A stretch of 64,000 bases of DNA, taken from the NCBI GenBank assembly GCA_044866315.1, contig JBIOTX010000299.1, positions 163 to 64,162 of the forward strand. The letters run 5' to 3'. The DNA is from Thermoanaerobaculia bacterium (GTDB lineage Bacteria; Acidobacteriota; Thermoanaerobaculia; Gp7-AA8). The notes below the pieces were generated by a model, which was given only the letters and a program-made list of their open reading frames with translations, had not been told where the DNA came from and ran no database searches. Positions 26,190-36,094 of the stretch are shown piece after piece (positions within the stretch are counted from its first letter, which is position 1; each line of letters opens with the position of its first letter). Made by a program: the position numbers and the translations under genes.

Positions 26190-27128
26190 ATGACCACGCT
26201 GATCGAGGTCTCCGGCCTCCGTAAGCTCTACCGGTCCGCGTTCGGGCAGCCGAAGATCACGGCTCTGGACGGCATCGACTTCACCGTGCGTGAAGGCGAG
26301 CTCTTCGGGCTGCTCGGGCCGAACGGGGCCGGCAAGACCACCACCGTCAAGATCCTCCTGGGGCTGACCCACGCCACCGAGGGCAGCGCCACCCTCTGCG
26401 GGCTGCCGGTGCGCAATCCGGAGTCGCGCCGCCACGTCGGGTACCTCCCCGAGGGACACAAGATCCCGAACTACCTCACCGCGCGCCAGGCGCTGTCGAT
26501 CTTCGGGCGCATGTCCGGGATGGAGACCGCCGCGATCAAGAAGCGCATCCCCGAGCTCCTGGAGAAGGTGAAGCTGTCCCAGTGGGCGGACGTCCGGATC
26601 AAGAAGTTCTCGAAGGGCATGACCCAGCGCCTGGGCCTGGCTTCGGCGCTGATCCACTCGCCGAAAGTGCTCCTGCTCGACGAGCCGACCGACGGCGTCG
26701 ATCCGGTCGGCCGCCGCGAGATCCGGGACCTCCTGCGCGCCGAGGCGGCCGGCGGGACGGCGGTGCTCCTCAACTCGCACCTCCTCTCGGAGATCGAGCT
26801 GACCTGCGACCGGGTGGCCGTGCTCCGCCACGGCAAGGTGGCCGCGTTCGGCACCGTGGAGGAGCTGACCCGCAAGAGCGCGACCTACAAGATGGTCGCC
26901 ACGCCGATCGACGACAGCCTCGTCACCGCCTTCCGCGACAGCGGCGCCGGCGTCGAGCGCGTGAACGGTCACGTCGTCCTGTCGGTCGAGAACGTGCAGC
27001 ACCTCAACGCCCTCGTCGATCAGCTCCGCGCCCGCGGGGGCATGCTCAACGAGCTCACGCCCGTGCGCTCGACGCTCGAGGACGTATTCGTCGACCTGAT
27101 CCGTGCGGAGGAGGTCCCCGCGTCATGA
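26190..27128 (+). CDS. ABC transporter ATP-binding protein (ABC-2/DrrA-like)
   Basis: ATG at 26190 (MTTLIEVSGLRKLY). Walker A GPNGAGKTT, signature FSKGMTQRL, Walker B LLLDEPT. Confidence 0.9.
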   Translation: MTTLIEVSGLRKLYRSAFGQPKITALDGIDFTVREGELFGLLGPNGAGKTTTVKILLGLTHATEGSATLCGLPVRNPESRRHVGYLPEGHKIPNYLTARQALSIFGRMSGMETAAIKKRIPELLEKVKLSQWADVRIKKFSKGMTQRLGLASALIHSPKVLLLDEPTDGVDPVGRREIRDLLRAEAAGGTAVLLNSHLLSEIELTCDRVAVLRHGKVAAFGTVEELTRKSATYKMVATPIDDSLVTAFRDSGAGVERVNGHVVLSVENVQHLNALVDQLRARGGMLNELTPVRSTLEDVFVDLIRAEEVPAS

Positions 27129-27976
27129 AAGCGCTCGTAGCCAACATCGAAGACGTCTTCCGCGAGGCCGCGGCGCGCTGGACGCTGCTCGCCTACTTCT
27201 TCCTCTCCACGATCTTCATCATCATCTTCGCCTCGGCGATCAACCTGGACATCGTCGACGGCGCGCTGGCCGGGGCGAAGCTGTTCGGCAAGGAAGTGGA
27301 CGTCGACAACCAGATCTCCATCGAGAAGCTCGTCCTCGGCTTCGAGTCCGGCTTCTCGGTCTTCCTCTACTTCATCTGCACGTTCCTGGCGATCTTCGCC
27401 ACGGCCCATCTCGTGCCGCGCATGCAGGAGAAGGGGACGATCGATCTCTACCTCTCGCGCCCGGTCGGCCGGGTGCGCTTGCTGCTCTCGCGCTACTTCG
27501 CCGGGCTGCTGCTCGCGGGAAGCAACGTCGTCTACCTGATCGGCACGATCTGGCTGATCGTCGCCTGGAAGACGCAGGTGCTGCACCCGCGCTTCCTCCT
27601 CGGCGGCCTGATCATCTTCCTGATGATCGCCGTGCTGCTCGCCTTCGCCTTCCTGGTCGGCGTCTTCACCTCCTCGACGGCCGTGTCGATTATGACCTCG
27701 TACGGGGTCTTCTTCTTCGGCCTGGCCCTGGTCGGCCACGACAAGTTCGAGGCCGCGGTGTCGAAGGAGTGGCAGGCGAAGCTGATCAACTCGCTGTACT
27801 GGATCTTCCCCAAGAGCGCGGAGCTCGGGCAGGCCGTCCTCGCCTTCGTCGGCGGCGACGAGATGCCCGAGCGCGTCCTGCGCGTCCTCACCCCCGCTCC
27901 GTTCCTCTCCACCGCCGCCTTCGGTCTCGTTTGTCTCGCCCTCGCCTCGTGGCTTTTCACCCGAAAGGAGTTCTAA
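27125..27976 (+). CDS. ABC-2-type transporter permease
   Basis: ATGA overlap with the ATPase stop. 283 aa with about 6 TM helices. Confidence 0.75.
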   Translation: MKALVANIEDVFREAAARWTLLAYFFLSTIFIIIFASAINLDIVDGALAGAKLFGKEVDVDNQISIEKLVLGFESGFSVFLYFICTFLAIFATAHLVPRMQEKGTIDLYLSRPVGRVRLLLSRYFAGLLLAGSNVVYLIGTIWLIVAWKTQVLHPRFLLGGLIIFLMIAVLLAFAFLVGVFTSSTAVSIMTSYGVFFFGLALVGHDKFEAAVSKEWQAKLINSLYWIFPKSAELGQAVLAFVGGDEMPERVLRVLTPAPFLSTAAFGLVCLALASWLFTRKEF

Positions 27977-27980
27977 GAAC

Positions 27981-28946
27981 ATGAACCGCACTCTTCCCCG
28001 TATCGCCGCCGTGCTCACGCTCGCCCTCGCGCTGGCGCTGCCCGCGGCCGCCAAGGACGACGCGCTGTCGCTCGTCCCGGCCAACGCCGCGACCGTCGGC
28101 ATGGTCAAGCTGCGCGAGATGCGCACCAGCCCCCTCTCCGGAATGCTCTTCCAGCACACCGACAAGATGAGCGCCGACGGCGAGGCCGAGAAGTTCCTGG
28201 CCGACACCGGCCTCTCGCCGAAGCAGGACATCGACGTGCTGGTGGTGGCCACCGCCCCGCGCACGAACCTCGGCTCCGAGGCGGACGTCCTGGTGATCGC
28301 CGAGGGGCGGTTCAACCCGGCCAAGCTGACCGCGGCGCTCATGGAGCGCGGCGCGACGCAGAAGGAGGGTTACCTCCTGCTTCCGGAAGGACATGACGAC
28401 GATCAGGGTGCCGTGGCCTTCCCGAGCGCCTCGCTGGCGCTGGCCGGCACCGAGCGCGCCGTCGTCGCGGCGCTGGCCGCGCGGGCGGCCGGCGGCACCG
28501 GCTTCCGCGCTGCCAACGGTCTCGGCCACGACCTCGGCCGCGTCGATCCCAACGCCACCGCGTGGGCCCTCATCGACGTCGTGCGCGCGGCACGCCTGAC
28601 CAAGGGCGGCACGATCCACACCGGTCACGGCCAGTCCGGCGACGCGCTGAAGATGGCCCTGCGCAGCGTCTCCACGCTCGCCGTCTGGGCCACCGACACC
28701 GGCGACGCGCTCAAGCTCGGCGCCTTCGGCCTCTCCCGCGACGAAGAGACCCTGCAGCTGATCGAAGACACCGCCCGCGGCGCGCTGTCCGCGCTGCGCC
28801 TGGCGATCCGGGACAAGCAGCCGGACATGGTCCCCGTGCTCCGCCGCTTCGACGTCGACCGCACCGCGGACTCGGTGAAGATCGAGGGCTCGATCCCCGC
28901 CGCGACGGTGCGGGAGATGCTGGCCAAGAAGGCCGCTGCGAAGTAG
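27981..28946 (+). CDS. Secreted protein of unknown function, co-transcribed with the ABC-2 transporter
   Basis: AAGGAG RBS. Signal peptide MNRTLPRIAAVLTLALALALPAAA. I recognise no family. Confidence 0.65.
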   Translation: MNRTLPRIAAVLTLALALALPAAAKDDALSLVPANAATVGMVKLREMRTSPLSGMLFQHTDKMSADGEAEKFLADTGLSPKQDIDVLVVATAPRTNLGSEADVLVIAEGRFNPAKLTAALMERGATQKEGYLLLPEGHDDDQGAVAFPSASLALAGTERAVVAALAARAAGGTGFRAANGLGHDLGRVDPNATAWALIDVVRAARLTKGGTIHTGHGQSGDALKMALRSVSTLAVWATDTGDALKLGAFGLSRDEETLQLIEDTARGALSALRLAIRDKQPDMVPVLRRFDVDRTADSVKIEGSIPAATVREMLAKKAAAK

Positions 28947-28955
28947 TTACCCACC

Positions 28956-28986
28956 GGGGCGGCGGGCTGAAGCCCGCCGCTCCACG
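28956..28986. terminator. Hairpin between convergent genes; contains 27-nt repeat copy 2
   Basis: GGGGCGGCGGGC-TGAA-GCCCGCCGCTCC. Positions 28960..28986 are identical to 17276..17302. Confidence 0.6.
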
Positions 28987-28987
28987 T

Positions 28988-31900
28988 TCAGCGGACCGAG
29001 CGCCGCTTCGCCGAGTCGACGAAGACCGCGGGCGAATACGTCCAGGTGGTGCGGTTGCCGCTCAGGTCCTCCACCTGGATCCGCACGTCGACGGTTACGC
29101 CGGCGCGGGCGGTCGCGGGGGAGAGATCGACACGATAGAGATCGCCGCTCGGCGTGTCGTGCCTGCTGTTGATGAAGTATTCATAGCCTTGAATCGCCGC
29201 GGTGCGCTCGATCCAATCGGGCGAGCCGCTCACCCGATACCAGACTCGCGTGCGCTCGCTCCGCAAGCCCTCGGTGAACCATCCCCACTCCAGGTCGATG
29301 GCGGAGAAGGCCAGCGATGCCGCGGTTCCGGCGGTGACGTGCGAGGTCGCCCGTCCGTGGGCATCGAGGATGCGCATCGAGGTGAGGGTCGGCGCGTTGA
29401 CGTCCTTCCCATCGCCTCCGAGGTCTCCGAACTGCACCTCCAGCTCACCGCGCGACCGGCCCGTGGGACCCGGCAGCGCGTCGCTCACCGCCACGAACCT
29501 GCCGTTCGGCACGGGACGCGGCGGCTCGGCCGTGCGGTACGTTCCCGACGCCATGACCGTCGCGTCGCTGCCGTACATCGTCCAGGCCAGGTCCACGTCC
29601 CAATAGCGCTCTCCCAGCGGCCCGAGCAGGCCGTGGGGAAACGGATCGGTTGGACTCCGGGTGACGCTGCCCGGCAGGGCGAAGGGATAAAGCGCGCTGT
29701 CGCCGATCGTGACTTCGTCGCCGTCGGCCATTCGGTACCTCGCCTGTGGCGGGCGATCCCCGGACTCCGCGGCGACGATCTCCTGGTCGATGCCGCGCAA
29801 GAGCGGCGTGTCGATGCCGTCTGCGTTGACGCGTAGGCCGGAGAACGCGCCCGGAGCCTCGGGGGCCGTGTAGTAATCGAGCGTCAGCGGCGACGAGACC
29901 CAGGTGGCGTCACAGGCGTTGAACTGCTCGAAACGCGTCCCCTGGGCGTCCCGGATGCCTGCGTACGTGCAGGTCAGGAGCTGGCGCGGGGCATCTGACG
30001 GCTTCGGCTGCCACCGGATCCGCGCGTGCCTGTACGAAGACGGGCCGCGGGAGAGCGTCACCGGTCCGGTGAGGCCGACCAGGCGATCGTGCTGCACGTT
30101 GTAAACACGGGCGTGATCGAGATCGAAGTACGACTCGAAGACGTAGAGGTGATAGAGCTCCGACGCCGGTGAGAAGCGCAGCTCCTTGGCGCTTCCGCAA
30201 TCGAGGACGAGAAGGCCACGAAACAAGGTGGGGCTGCCGAACATCACGTTGAGCGCGTGCCGTCCCGACGTCTTCGACAGTTCCGCGAGGGGGACGCCCG
30301 CGGCATCGCGGCTGTCGAGCGTGATCCGCGCCGTGGCGGCCTCCTCCAGGAGCGGCACGACCTGATCGCCCTCGGCAACGTGGCGCTCCCGCAGCACGAA
30401 GTGCGTATCGCCGACGAGCAGATAGTCGGTCCTCGATCCCGACTTCAGAAACATCTCCGCGGCGGTCGCCGAGTAGCGCACGGGCCGGATCCAGGGGTTG
30501 CCGCCGGAGGCGAGAAAGATCGAGCTCTCGGAGTCGGTGGTCAGGGTCGTGCGCGCGGAGCGCACCAGCGCCCAGGGCACGTCAAACAACGATGACGGGC
30601 CCTGGAAGACGACAGCTCCGCCGACCACCAGCTGGTCGGAAAAGGGCAGCGCGGCCGAGTCGGCGGTGAGCCGGACCTCGATGGTCCGGGTTTCCCCGGG
30701 GGCCAGGGTGACGCTCGTGGGCACCGCCGCAAGTGTGATCCCGGAGGGCATGGTTGTGGTGATCTGGAAGGTTGCCTCGGTCGTGGCGCGGTTCGTGACC
30801 TGGAGTGTTCGCGTCGCCTCCCATGTCCCCGCGGCGCTCGCGTTCAGACCGAAACTGAGACCGCTGTCGCCGACGAAGAGCGTCGCCGCAGCCGCGCCGG
30901 CAGCGTCGACGCGGCCCGCTCCGCCCGCGAGCGGCGTAGCCCCGACCGCGGCCGCGCCCATGATCAGCGCGCTCTTGACGTCCGCCGGCGTCCAATCAGG
31001 GTGCAGCGCGCGGAGGAGCGCCGCCACGCCGGCCACGTGCGGCGCGGCCATGGACGTCCCGCTCGAGGCGATCAGCCCACCGCCCATCCTGGCGGAGACG
31101 ATTCCCACCCCCGGCGCCACCAGGTCCGGCTTGAACCCGAGGTGCTTCGGGCTCGGCCCGCGCGAGCTGAACCAGGGGACATTGTCCGCGGAGTCGACGG
31201 CGCCGACGGTGATGGCCTTGCGCGACGTGCCCGGACTGAGGATCGAGCCGACGCGCTCCTCGTTTCCGGCGGCGACGACGACCACGACGCCCGCGGCCAT
31301 GGCGCTATCCGCGGCGCGCGAGGCGATATCGTCGGCCTCGCCCGGACCGCCGAAAGAGAGATTGATCACGTCCAGGTGATCGGCCGGGTCGCCGTCGCCG
31401 TTCGGGTCGACCGAGCGCTCCATCGCCGCGATCACGTCGGAGACCCATCCCTGGCCGAATTGGTTCAGGGCCTTCCAGGCGTAGAGCGTCGCATACGGCG
31501 CCACGCCGCGCAGCTCCGGCGAGTCGGCGGCGATGATGCCGGCGACGTGCGTGCCGTGGCCCTCGTCGTCGTCCGGGTCGGCATCCTGGTTGACGAAGTC
31601 CCAGCCGCCGGCGACTTTGTGGCCGGGCCCGAACGCGGCGCCGAAGGCGGGGTGGTGATAGTCGATGCCGGTGTCGATCACGCCGACGGTGATGCCCACG
31701 CCGCGCGTGGGCAGATTCACCGCGTTCACGCGTACCGCGGCGTCCACGGCGACGGCGTCTTGCTTCTCCACCCGCACGTCCCGATGAATGGCGCGCACGT
31801 AGGGGAGCCGGCGCAGCTCGGAAAGCACTTCGGGCGGAGCGTCGATGGCCACGCCCAGGAGAGCGACGGCGTACTCGTGGCGGATCGCGGAGACCGCGGT

Positions 31901-32110
31901 CTTGCCGACGCGCCGGTCGATCGTGGGCAGATCGCGCCGGAAGCGCTCGAGCGTTTCGCGCTGCTTGCCTTCGAATTCGATGATGACGCAGCGGGATGGC
32001 TCGAGGTCGATCGTCGTGACCGAGCCGTCCTGCCCAGGGATGCGAAGCGTGGCGGCGGAAATGACCGTGCTCGACAGGAGGACGAGCAACGCGGCAACGG
32101 TTCGAGGCAT
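28988..32110 (-). CDS. Secreted subtilisin-like serine protease (S8) with I9 propeptide, Fn3-like domain and ~550-aa uncharacterised C-terminal region (paralog A)
   Basis: ATG at 32110 (MPRTVAALLVLLSSTVISA). Catalytic triad VIDTGID, GHGTHVAG, SGTSMAAPHVAG. 1040 aa. Confidence 0.9.
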   Translation of the reverse strand: MPRTVAALLVLLSSTVISAATLRIPGQDGSVTTIDLEPSRCVIIEFEGKQRETLERFRRDLPTIDRRVGKTAVSAIRHEYAVALLGVAIDAPPEVLSELRRLPYVRAIHRDVRVEKQDAVAVDAAVRVNAVNLPTRGVGITVGVIDTGIDYHHPAFGAAFGPGHKVAGGWDFVNQDADPDDDEGHGTHVAGIIAADSPELRGVAPYATLYAWKALNQFGQGWVSDVIAAMERSVDPNGDGDPADHLDVINLSFGGPGEADDIASRAADSAMAAGVVVVVAAGNEERVGSILSPGTSRKAITVGAVDSADNVPWFSSRGPSPKHLGFKPDLVAPGVGIVSARMGGGLIASSGTSMAAPHVAGVAALLRALHPDWTPADVKSALIMGAAAVGATPLAGGAGRVDAAGAAAATLFVGDSGLSFGLNASAAGTWEATRTLQVTNRATTEATFQITTTMPSGITLAAVPTSVTLAPGETRTIEVRLTADSAALPFSDQLVVGGAVVFQGPSSLFDVPWALVRSARTTLTTDSESSIFLASGGNPWIRPVRYSATAAEMFLKSGSRTDYLLVGDTHFVLRERHVAEGDQVVPLLEEAATARITLDSRDAAGVPLAELSKTSGRHALNVMFGSPTLFRGLLVLDCGSAKELRFSPASELYHLYVFESYFDLDHARVYNVQHDRLVGLTGPVTLSRGPSSYRHARIRWQPKPSDAPRQLLTCTYAGIRDAQGTRFEQFNACDATWVSSPLTLDYYTAPEAPGAFSGLRVNADGIDTPLLRGIDQEIVAAESGDRPPQARYRMADGDEVTIGDSALYPFALPGSVTRSPTDPFPHGLLGPLGERYWDVDLAWTMYGSDATVMASGTYRTAEPPRPVPNGRFVAVSDALPGPTGRSRGELEVQFGDLGGDGKDVNAPTLTSMRILDAHGRATSHVTAGTAASLAFSAIDLEWGWFTEGLRSERTRVWYRVSGSPDWIERTAAIQGYEYFINSRHDTPSGDLYRVDLSPATARAGVTVDVRIQVEDLSGNRTTWTYSPAVFVDSAKRRSVR

Positions 32111-35100
32111 TACCTCACCGACCGCCGCCGCTTCGGCGGCTCTCCGCCCACGGCGAACGCGGGAGCGTGCGTCCAGGTCGAGCGGTTGCCGGCCAGGTCC
32201 TCCACCGCGATCCGCAGATCGATGGCCCTGTCGGCGTTTGCCGTGGCCGGTGACAGGTCGACGCGATAGATCTCGCCGGCCGGGATGCCCATGAGCCGTT
32301 CCCCTCCCTCCTCGGCGTACTCGAAGACGGCGGTCAGCTCCTTCCACTCCGATGATCCGCTCACCCGGTACCAGACCTTCGTGGCCTCGCGGCGCAGCGG
32401 GGAGAGCTGGAAGAACTGCGAGAGGTCGACGGCGGAGAAGGCCAGCGAGGCCGCGGTTCCCACGAACACGCGGTCGGCGACACGCCCTCCGGCGTCCAGG
32501 ATGCGCATGGACGTGAGCGAAGGCGCGTCGAGATCGGCCGCGTTCGGCCCGAAGCGCACCTCCAGCTCGCCGCGCGCGGCGCCCGCGGCGCTCGGCAGCC
32601 CCTCGCTCACCGCCACCAGGCGGCCGTTCGGAACCGCGTTCGGCGGGAGCGCGGATCCGTAGGAGCCCGTGCCGAAGGGCGCGGACGCTCCGTCGTACAT
32701 GGTCCAGGACATGCCCGGCGACGCCTCTATGTGAACCTCGCCGAGGCGTCCGTAGAGGCCGGGCCCCGGGTTCAGCATGGGCCACTTCGCGGTTCCCGGC
32801 ATCATGAACGGAAACAGCGGACCGTCGCCGAGCGAAACCTCTTCGCCGTCCGCCATCCGATATCTGGCCGCGGACGCCGTCCAGAAGTCGGTGGGGACGA
32901 TCCTGCCGTCGATGCCGCGGAACACCGCGCTCGACACGGCGGCATCGCCGAGCAGGATGCCCGACACGCTGCCTGGCTGCTCCGAGGTCGTGTAGTAGTC
33001 GAGCACTTGGGACCCGTTCGCGGGATTCACGGCACAGCCGGTCGGGCCGCCGACGGACATCCAATCGACGTTCACGCCGACCACGGTGCAGACCGCGAAG
33101 GGTTGCGGGAGCGGCCCCGACGGCCGCCAGCGCAGGCGCGCCTGCGCGTAGGACGAGCGGTCGCGGGTGAGCACCTTCGATCCGGTCACGCCGTCGAGGA
33201 GCTCGTGCTGCACGTTGTAGATGCGGCGCGCGCCGAAGTCGTAGTAAGTCTCGAAGATCGCGAAGTCGTACTTCGGCGAGGCCGGGGAGAACGACAGCGC
33301 GGGCAGGCTGGGAAGAATCAGGCTCATCATGAGCCCGGTGCGGTCGGTGTGATGGGTGAAGATGAGGGCGATGCCGTGCTGCTGGGTGGGAGACGTTCGC
33401 GGCAGGTCCCGGAAGCGCACGCCGTCGGCATCGCGGCTGTCGAGGGCGATCTTCGCCGTGGCCGCCCCGCGGAGGACCGGCACGACCTCGTCGCCCGACA
33501 CAGCATGGCCTTCCTGCACCACGACGTGCATGCCCGTGAGCGCCGGAAACGTCCCTGTGCCGAACTCGAGGCCCATCAGGAGAAAGTCCCAGACCTCGCC
33601 GGGCTTGGAGAAGAGCTCCGAGGCGATGGGCGAGTACGGCGTCGGCTCGAGCATGCCATTCTCGCTCAGGGCCATGAGGAAGGCGGCATCCGAGTCGGTG
33701 GTCAGCGTCGTCCGCGCCCCGCGCACGAACCCCCAGGGCACGGAGAACGTGGAGGCGCCGTTGAAGACGATCTCGCCGCCGGTCAGCAGCTCGTTCGGGA
33801 AGGGAACGCCGCTCAGGTCGGCGCTGAGGCGCAGCTCGACGGCCTGCGACTGCCCCGCTCCGATCTCGACGCGCGCCGGCGCGGAAGCGGAGACGCTCGT
33901 GGGAGTGATCACAAAGAGGTTGAACGCCTGTGCCGCCGAGGAGCGGTTGGTGACCGTCACCGTGCGCGTGGCCTCCCAGTTGCCGCTCGTGTTCGGGTTG
34001 AGCCCGAAACTGAGGCCGCTGTCGCTGACGAAGAGCGTCGCGGCCGCGGACCGCTCGGCGTCCACCCGCCCCGCGCCGCGCGCGAGCGGCGTGGCAAACA
34101 TCGACACCGCGCCGGTCACCAGTGCGCTCTTGATGTCCGCCGTCGTCCAGCCCGGGTGCAGGCTGCGCAGCAGCGCCGCCACGCCGGCCACGTGCGGCGC
34201 GGCCATCGACGTCCCGCTGGCGGTGAGCAGCCCGCCGCCCATCCTCGCGGAGACGATGTCCACGCCGGGGGCGCAGACGTCCGGCTTGAAGTGGAGGTGT
34301 TTCGCGCTCGGGCCGCGCGAGCTGAAGCTGGCCAGACCGCCCGCGCTGTCGACGGCACCGACGGTGATGGCCCGGCGCGAGGTACCGGGGCTGCCGATGC
34401 TGCCCACCGCCCCGGCGTTGCCCGCCGCGATGACCACGACCACCCCCGCGGTCATGGCGCTGTCCGCGGCGCGCGAGGCGAGGTCGTCGGCCTCGCCCGG
34501 ACCGCCGAGGGAGAGATTGATCACGTCGAGACGATCGCTGATCTTGCCGTCCCGGTTGGGATCGACCGAGCGGTCGATCGCCGCGACGACGTCCGAGAGG
34601 AACCCGCCGCCCATGTTGTCCAGGACCTTGTAGGCGTAGAGCGTCGCGTCGGGCGCCACGCCCTGCAGCTCGGCGGAGTTCGCGGCGATGATTCCGGCGA
34701 CGTGCGTGCCGTGGGCGCCGTCGTCGTCCGGATCGCCGTCGTCGTTCACGTAGTCCCACCCGCCGGCGACCTTGTGGCCGGGGCCGAACCCGCCGCCGAG
34801 GGCGGGGTGGTGGTAGTCGATGCCGGTGTCGATCACGCCGACGCGAATGCCCGCGCCGCGCGTCGGCAGATTCACGGCGTTGACCCGCTTCCCGGCGTCG
34901 ACGGTCTCGGTGTCGTACTTGGTGACCCGCACGTCGGGATGGACGGCCCGGACGTACGGGAGGCGCTCCAGCTCGGCCACCGCCTCGGGGGCCACCTCGA
35001 CCGCCGCGCCGAGGACGGTGACGGTGTACTCGCGGCGAATGGTGGTGACCACGGTCTTGCCCATGCGCCGGTCGATGGCCGGAAGGTCGCTGCGGAAGCG

Positions 35101-35295
35101 ATCGAGCGTCGCCCGGGCCTCGTCCGCGGATGCGCCGCGGGCCACCGGGGTTCCCTCGAATTCGACAATGACGCGCTCGCTTCTGGCGAGCTCGATCTTC
35201 CTGGTGGCGCCGTCTTTCTCGCGCAGCTCGATCGTGGCGGCGGAGACGGTGACGCTCGACATCAGCAGGACTGCTGCGACAGCGACGCGGGACAT
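32110..35295 (-). CDS. Secreted subtilisin-like serine protease (S8), paralog B
   Basis: ATG at 35295 with AGGAGG upstream (MSRVAVAAVLLMSSVTVSA). Same triad motifs and collinear with paralog A over the full length. Its stop TAA shares one nucleotide with the ATG of paralog A (TAATG). Confidence 0.9.
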   Translation of the reverse strand: MSRVAVAAVLLMSSVTVSAATIELREKDGATRKIELARSERVIVEFEGTPVARGASADEARATLDRFRSDLPAIDRRMGKTVVTTIRREYTVTVLGAAVEVAPEAVAELERLPYVRAVHPDVRVTKYDTETVDAGKRVNAVNLPTRGAGIRVGVIDTGIDYHHPALGGGFGPGHKVAGGWDYVNDDGDPDDDGAHGTHVAGIIAANSAELQGVAPDATLYAYKVLDNMGGGFLSDVVAAIDRSVDPNRDGKISDRLDVINLSLGGPGEADDLASRAADSAMTAGVVVVIAAGNAGAVGSIGSPGTSRRAITVGAVDSAGGLASFSSRGPSAKHLHFKPDVCAPGVDIVSARMGGGLLTASGTSMAAPHVAGVAALLRSLHPGWTTADIKSALVTGAVSMFATPLARGAGRVDAERSAAATLFVSDSGLSFGLNPNTSGNWEATRTVTVTNRSSAAQAFNLFVITPTSVSASAPARVEIGAGQSQAVELRLSADLSGVPFPNELLTGGEIVFNGASTFSVPWGFVRGARTTLTTDSDAAFLMALSENGMLEPTPYSPIASELFSKPGEVWDFLLMGLEFGTGTFPALTGMHVVVQEGHAVSGDEVVPVLRGAATAKIALDSRDADGVRFRDLPRTSPTQQHGIALIFTHHTDRTGLMMSLILPSLPALSFSPASPKYDFAIFETYYDFGARRIYNVQHELLDGVTGSKVLTRDRSSYAQARLRWRPSGPLPQPFAVCTVVGVNVDWMSVGGPTGCAVNPANGSQVLDYYTTSEQPGSVSGILLGDAAVSSAVFRGIDGRIVPTDFWTASAARYRMADGEEVSLGDGPLFPFMMPGTAKWPMLNPGPGLYGRLGEVHIEASPGMSWTMYDGASAPFGTGSYGSALPPNAVPNGRLVAVSEGLPSAAGAARGELEVRFGPNAADLDAPSLTSMRILDAGGRVADRVFVGTAASLAFSAVDLSQFFQLSPLRREATKVWYRVSGSSEWKELTAVFEYAEEGGERLMGIPAGEIYRVDLSPATANADRAIDLRIAVEDLAGNRSTWTHAPAFAVGGEPPKRRRSVR

Positions 35296-35315
35296 GGGGG
35301 GACCCTCCTGGGATT

Positions 35316-36023
35316 TTAGACGAATCGCCGCAGATGTTCGCGCCACCACGGCCAGTCGTGACCGAACACACCCTGCCAGATTTCGAGGTGGTTGGGGATA
35401 CCTTTGGACCACAGCAGCGCCGAGAAGTCGCGGTTCTGTTGCACGATCGAGTCATGCTCCCCGGTGGCGATCACCCATCCCACCCGCGACAACTTGCCCG
35501 CCCAGTCCGCGTCCATGTTCGGGATGTAGGACGTCGGATTGTGGAAGTAGCAGTTGTCGTCCCAGTAGCCGTCGAGGAACGAGTGGATGTCGTAGACGCC
35601 GGAAAAGCAGATGGCCCGGCTGACGACGTCCGGGTAGCGGGCGGCGAAGTTGGACGCGTGATAGGCGCCGAAGCTCGCGCCGTAGACGACCAGGTCGCCG
35701 CGCTGGGCCCGGTTGAAGATGTAGGGGACGAGCTCGTGGCGCAGGTAGGAGTCGTACTGGGCGTGCCGGGCGGCGCGTACCGCCGGATGGACGTTCTTGT
35801 TGTACCAGCTCTCGTTGTTGACCGTGTCGATGGCCACGAGCTGGATCTCCCCCGCGTCGACCTTGTCGGAGACCGAGCCGGTCAGGTGGAAGTCTTCATT
35901 CTCGAAGTAGCGGCCGGACGAGGTCGGGAAGAGCATCACCGGCCGGCCGAACTTGCCGAACCAGAGCAGCTCCATCTCGCGGCCGAGGGAGGGGGAGTGC
36001 CATTTGACGTGTTCGCGGTACAT
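35316..36023 (-). CDS. Esterase-family alpha/beta hydrolase (putative esterase, PF00756-like)
   Basis: 235 aa. Nucleophile elbow VYGASFGAY, and LLWFGKFGRPVMLFPTS typical of esterase D / mycolyltransferase-like putative esterases. Lies 20 nt upstream of subtilase B on the same strand. Confidence 0.75.
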   Translation of the reverse strand: MYREHVKWHSPSLGREMELLWFGKFGRPVMLFPTSSGRYFENEDFHLTGSVSDKVDAGEIQLVAIDTVNNESWYNKNVHPAVRAARHAQYDSYLRHELVPYIFNRAQRGDLVVYGASFGAYHASNFAARYPDVVSRAICFSGVYDIHSFLDGYWDDNCYFHNPTSYIPNMDADWAGKLSRVGWVIATGEHDSIVQQNRDFSALLWSKGIPNHLEIWQGVFGHDWPWWREHLRRFV

Positions 36024-36094
36024 GGTCGAAAGGGGTGAATTGCCGCAGGGCGGTCGATTCTATACGATGCGCGCCCACCTCACGCGGAGGCTTC

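Noticed and set aside
28988-35455. A single 2155-aa ORF spanning the whole subtilase region
   Set aside because: Only its C-terminal 1040 aa (from the ATG at 32110 with a signal peptide) reads like protein. The upstream part is R/G/P/A-rich nonsense in a frame offset from the real paralog B CDS (32110..35295). It is an open-frame artefact of high GC.
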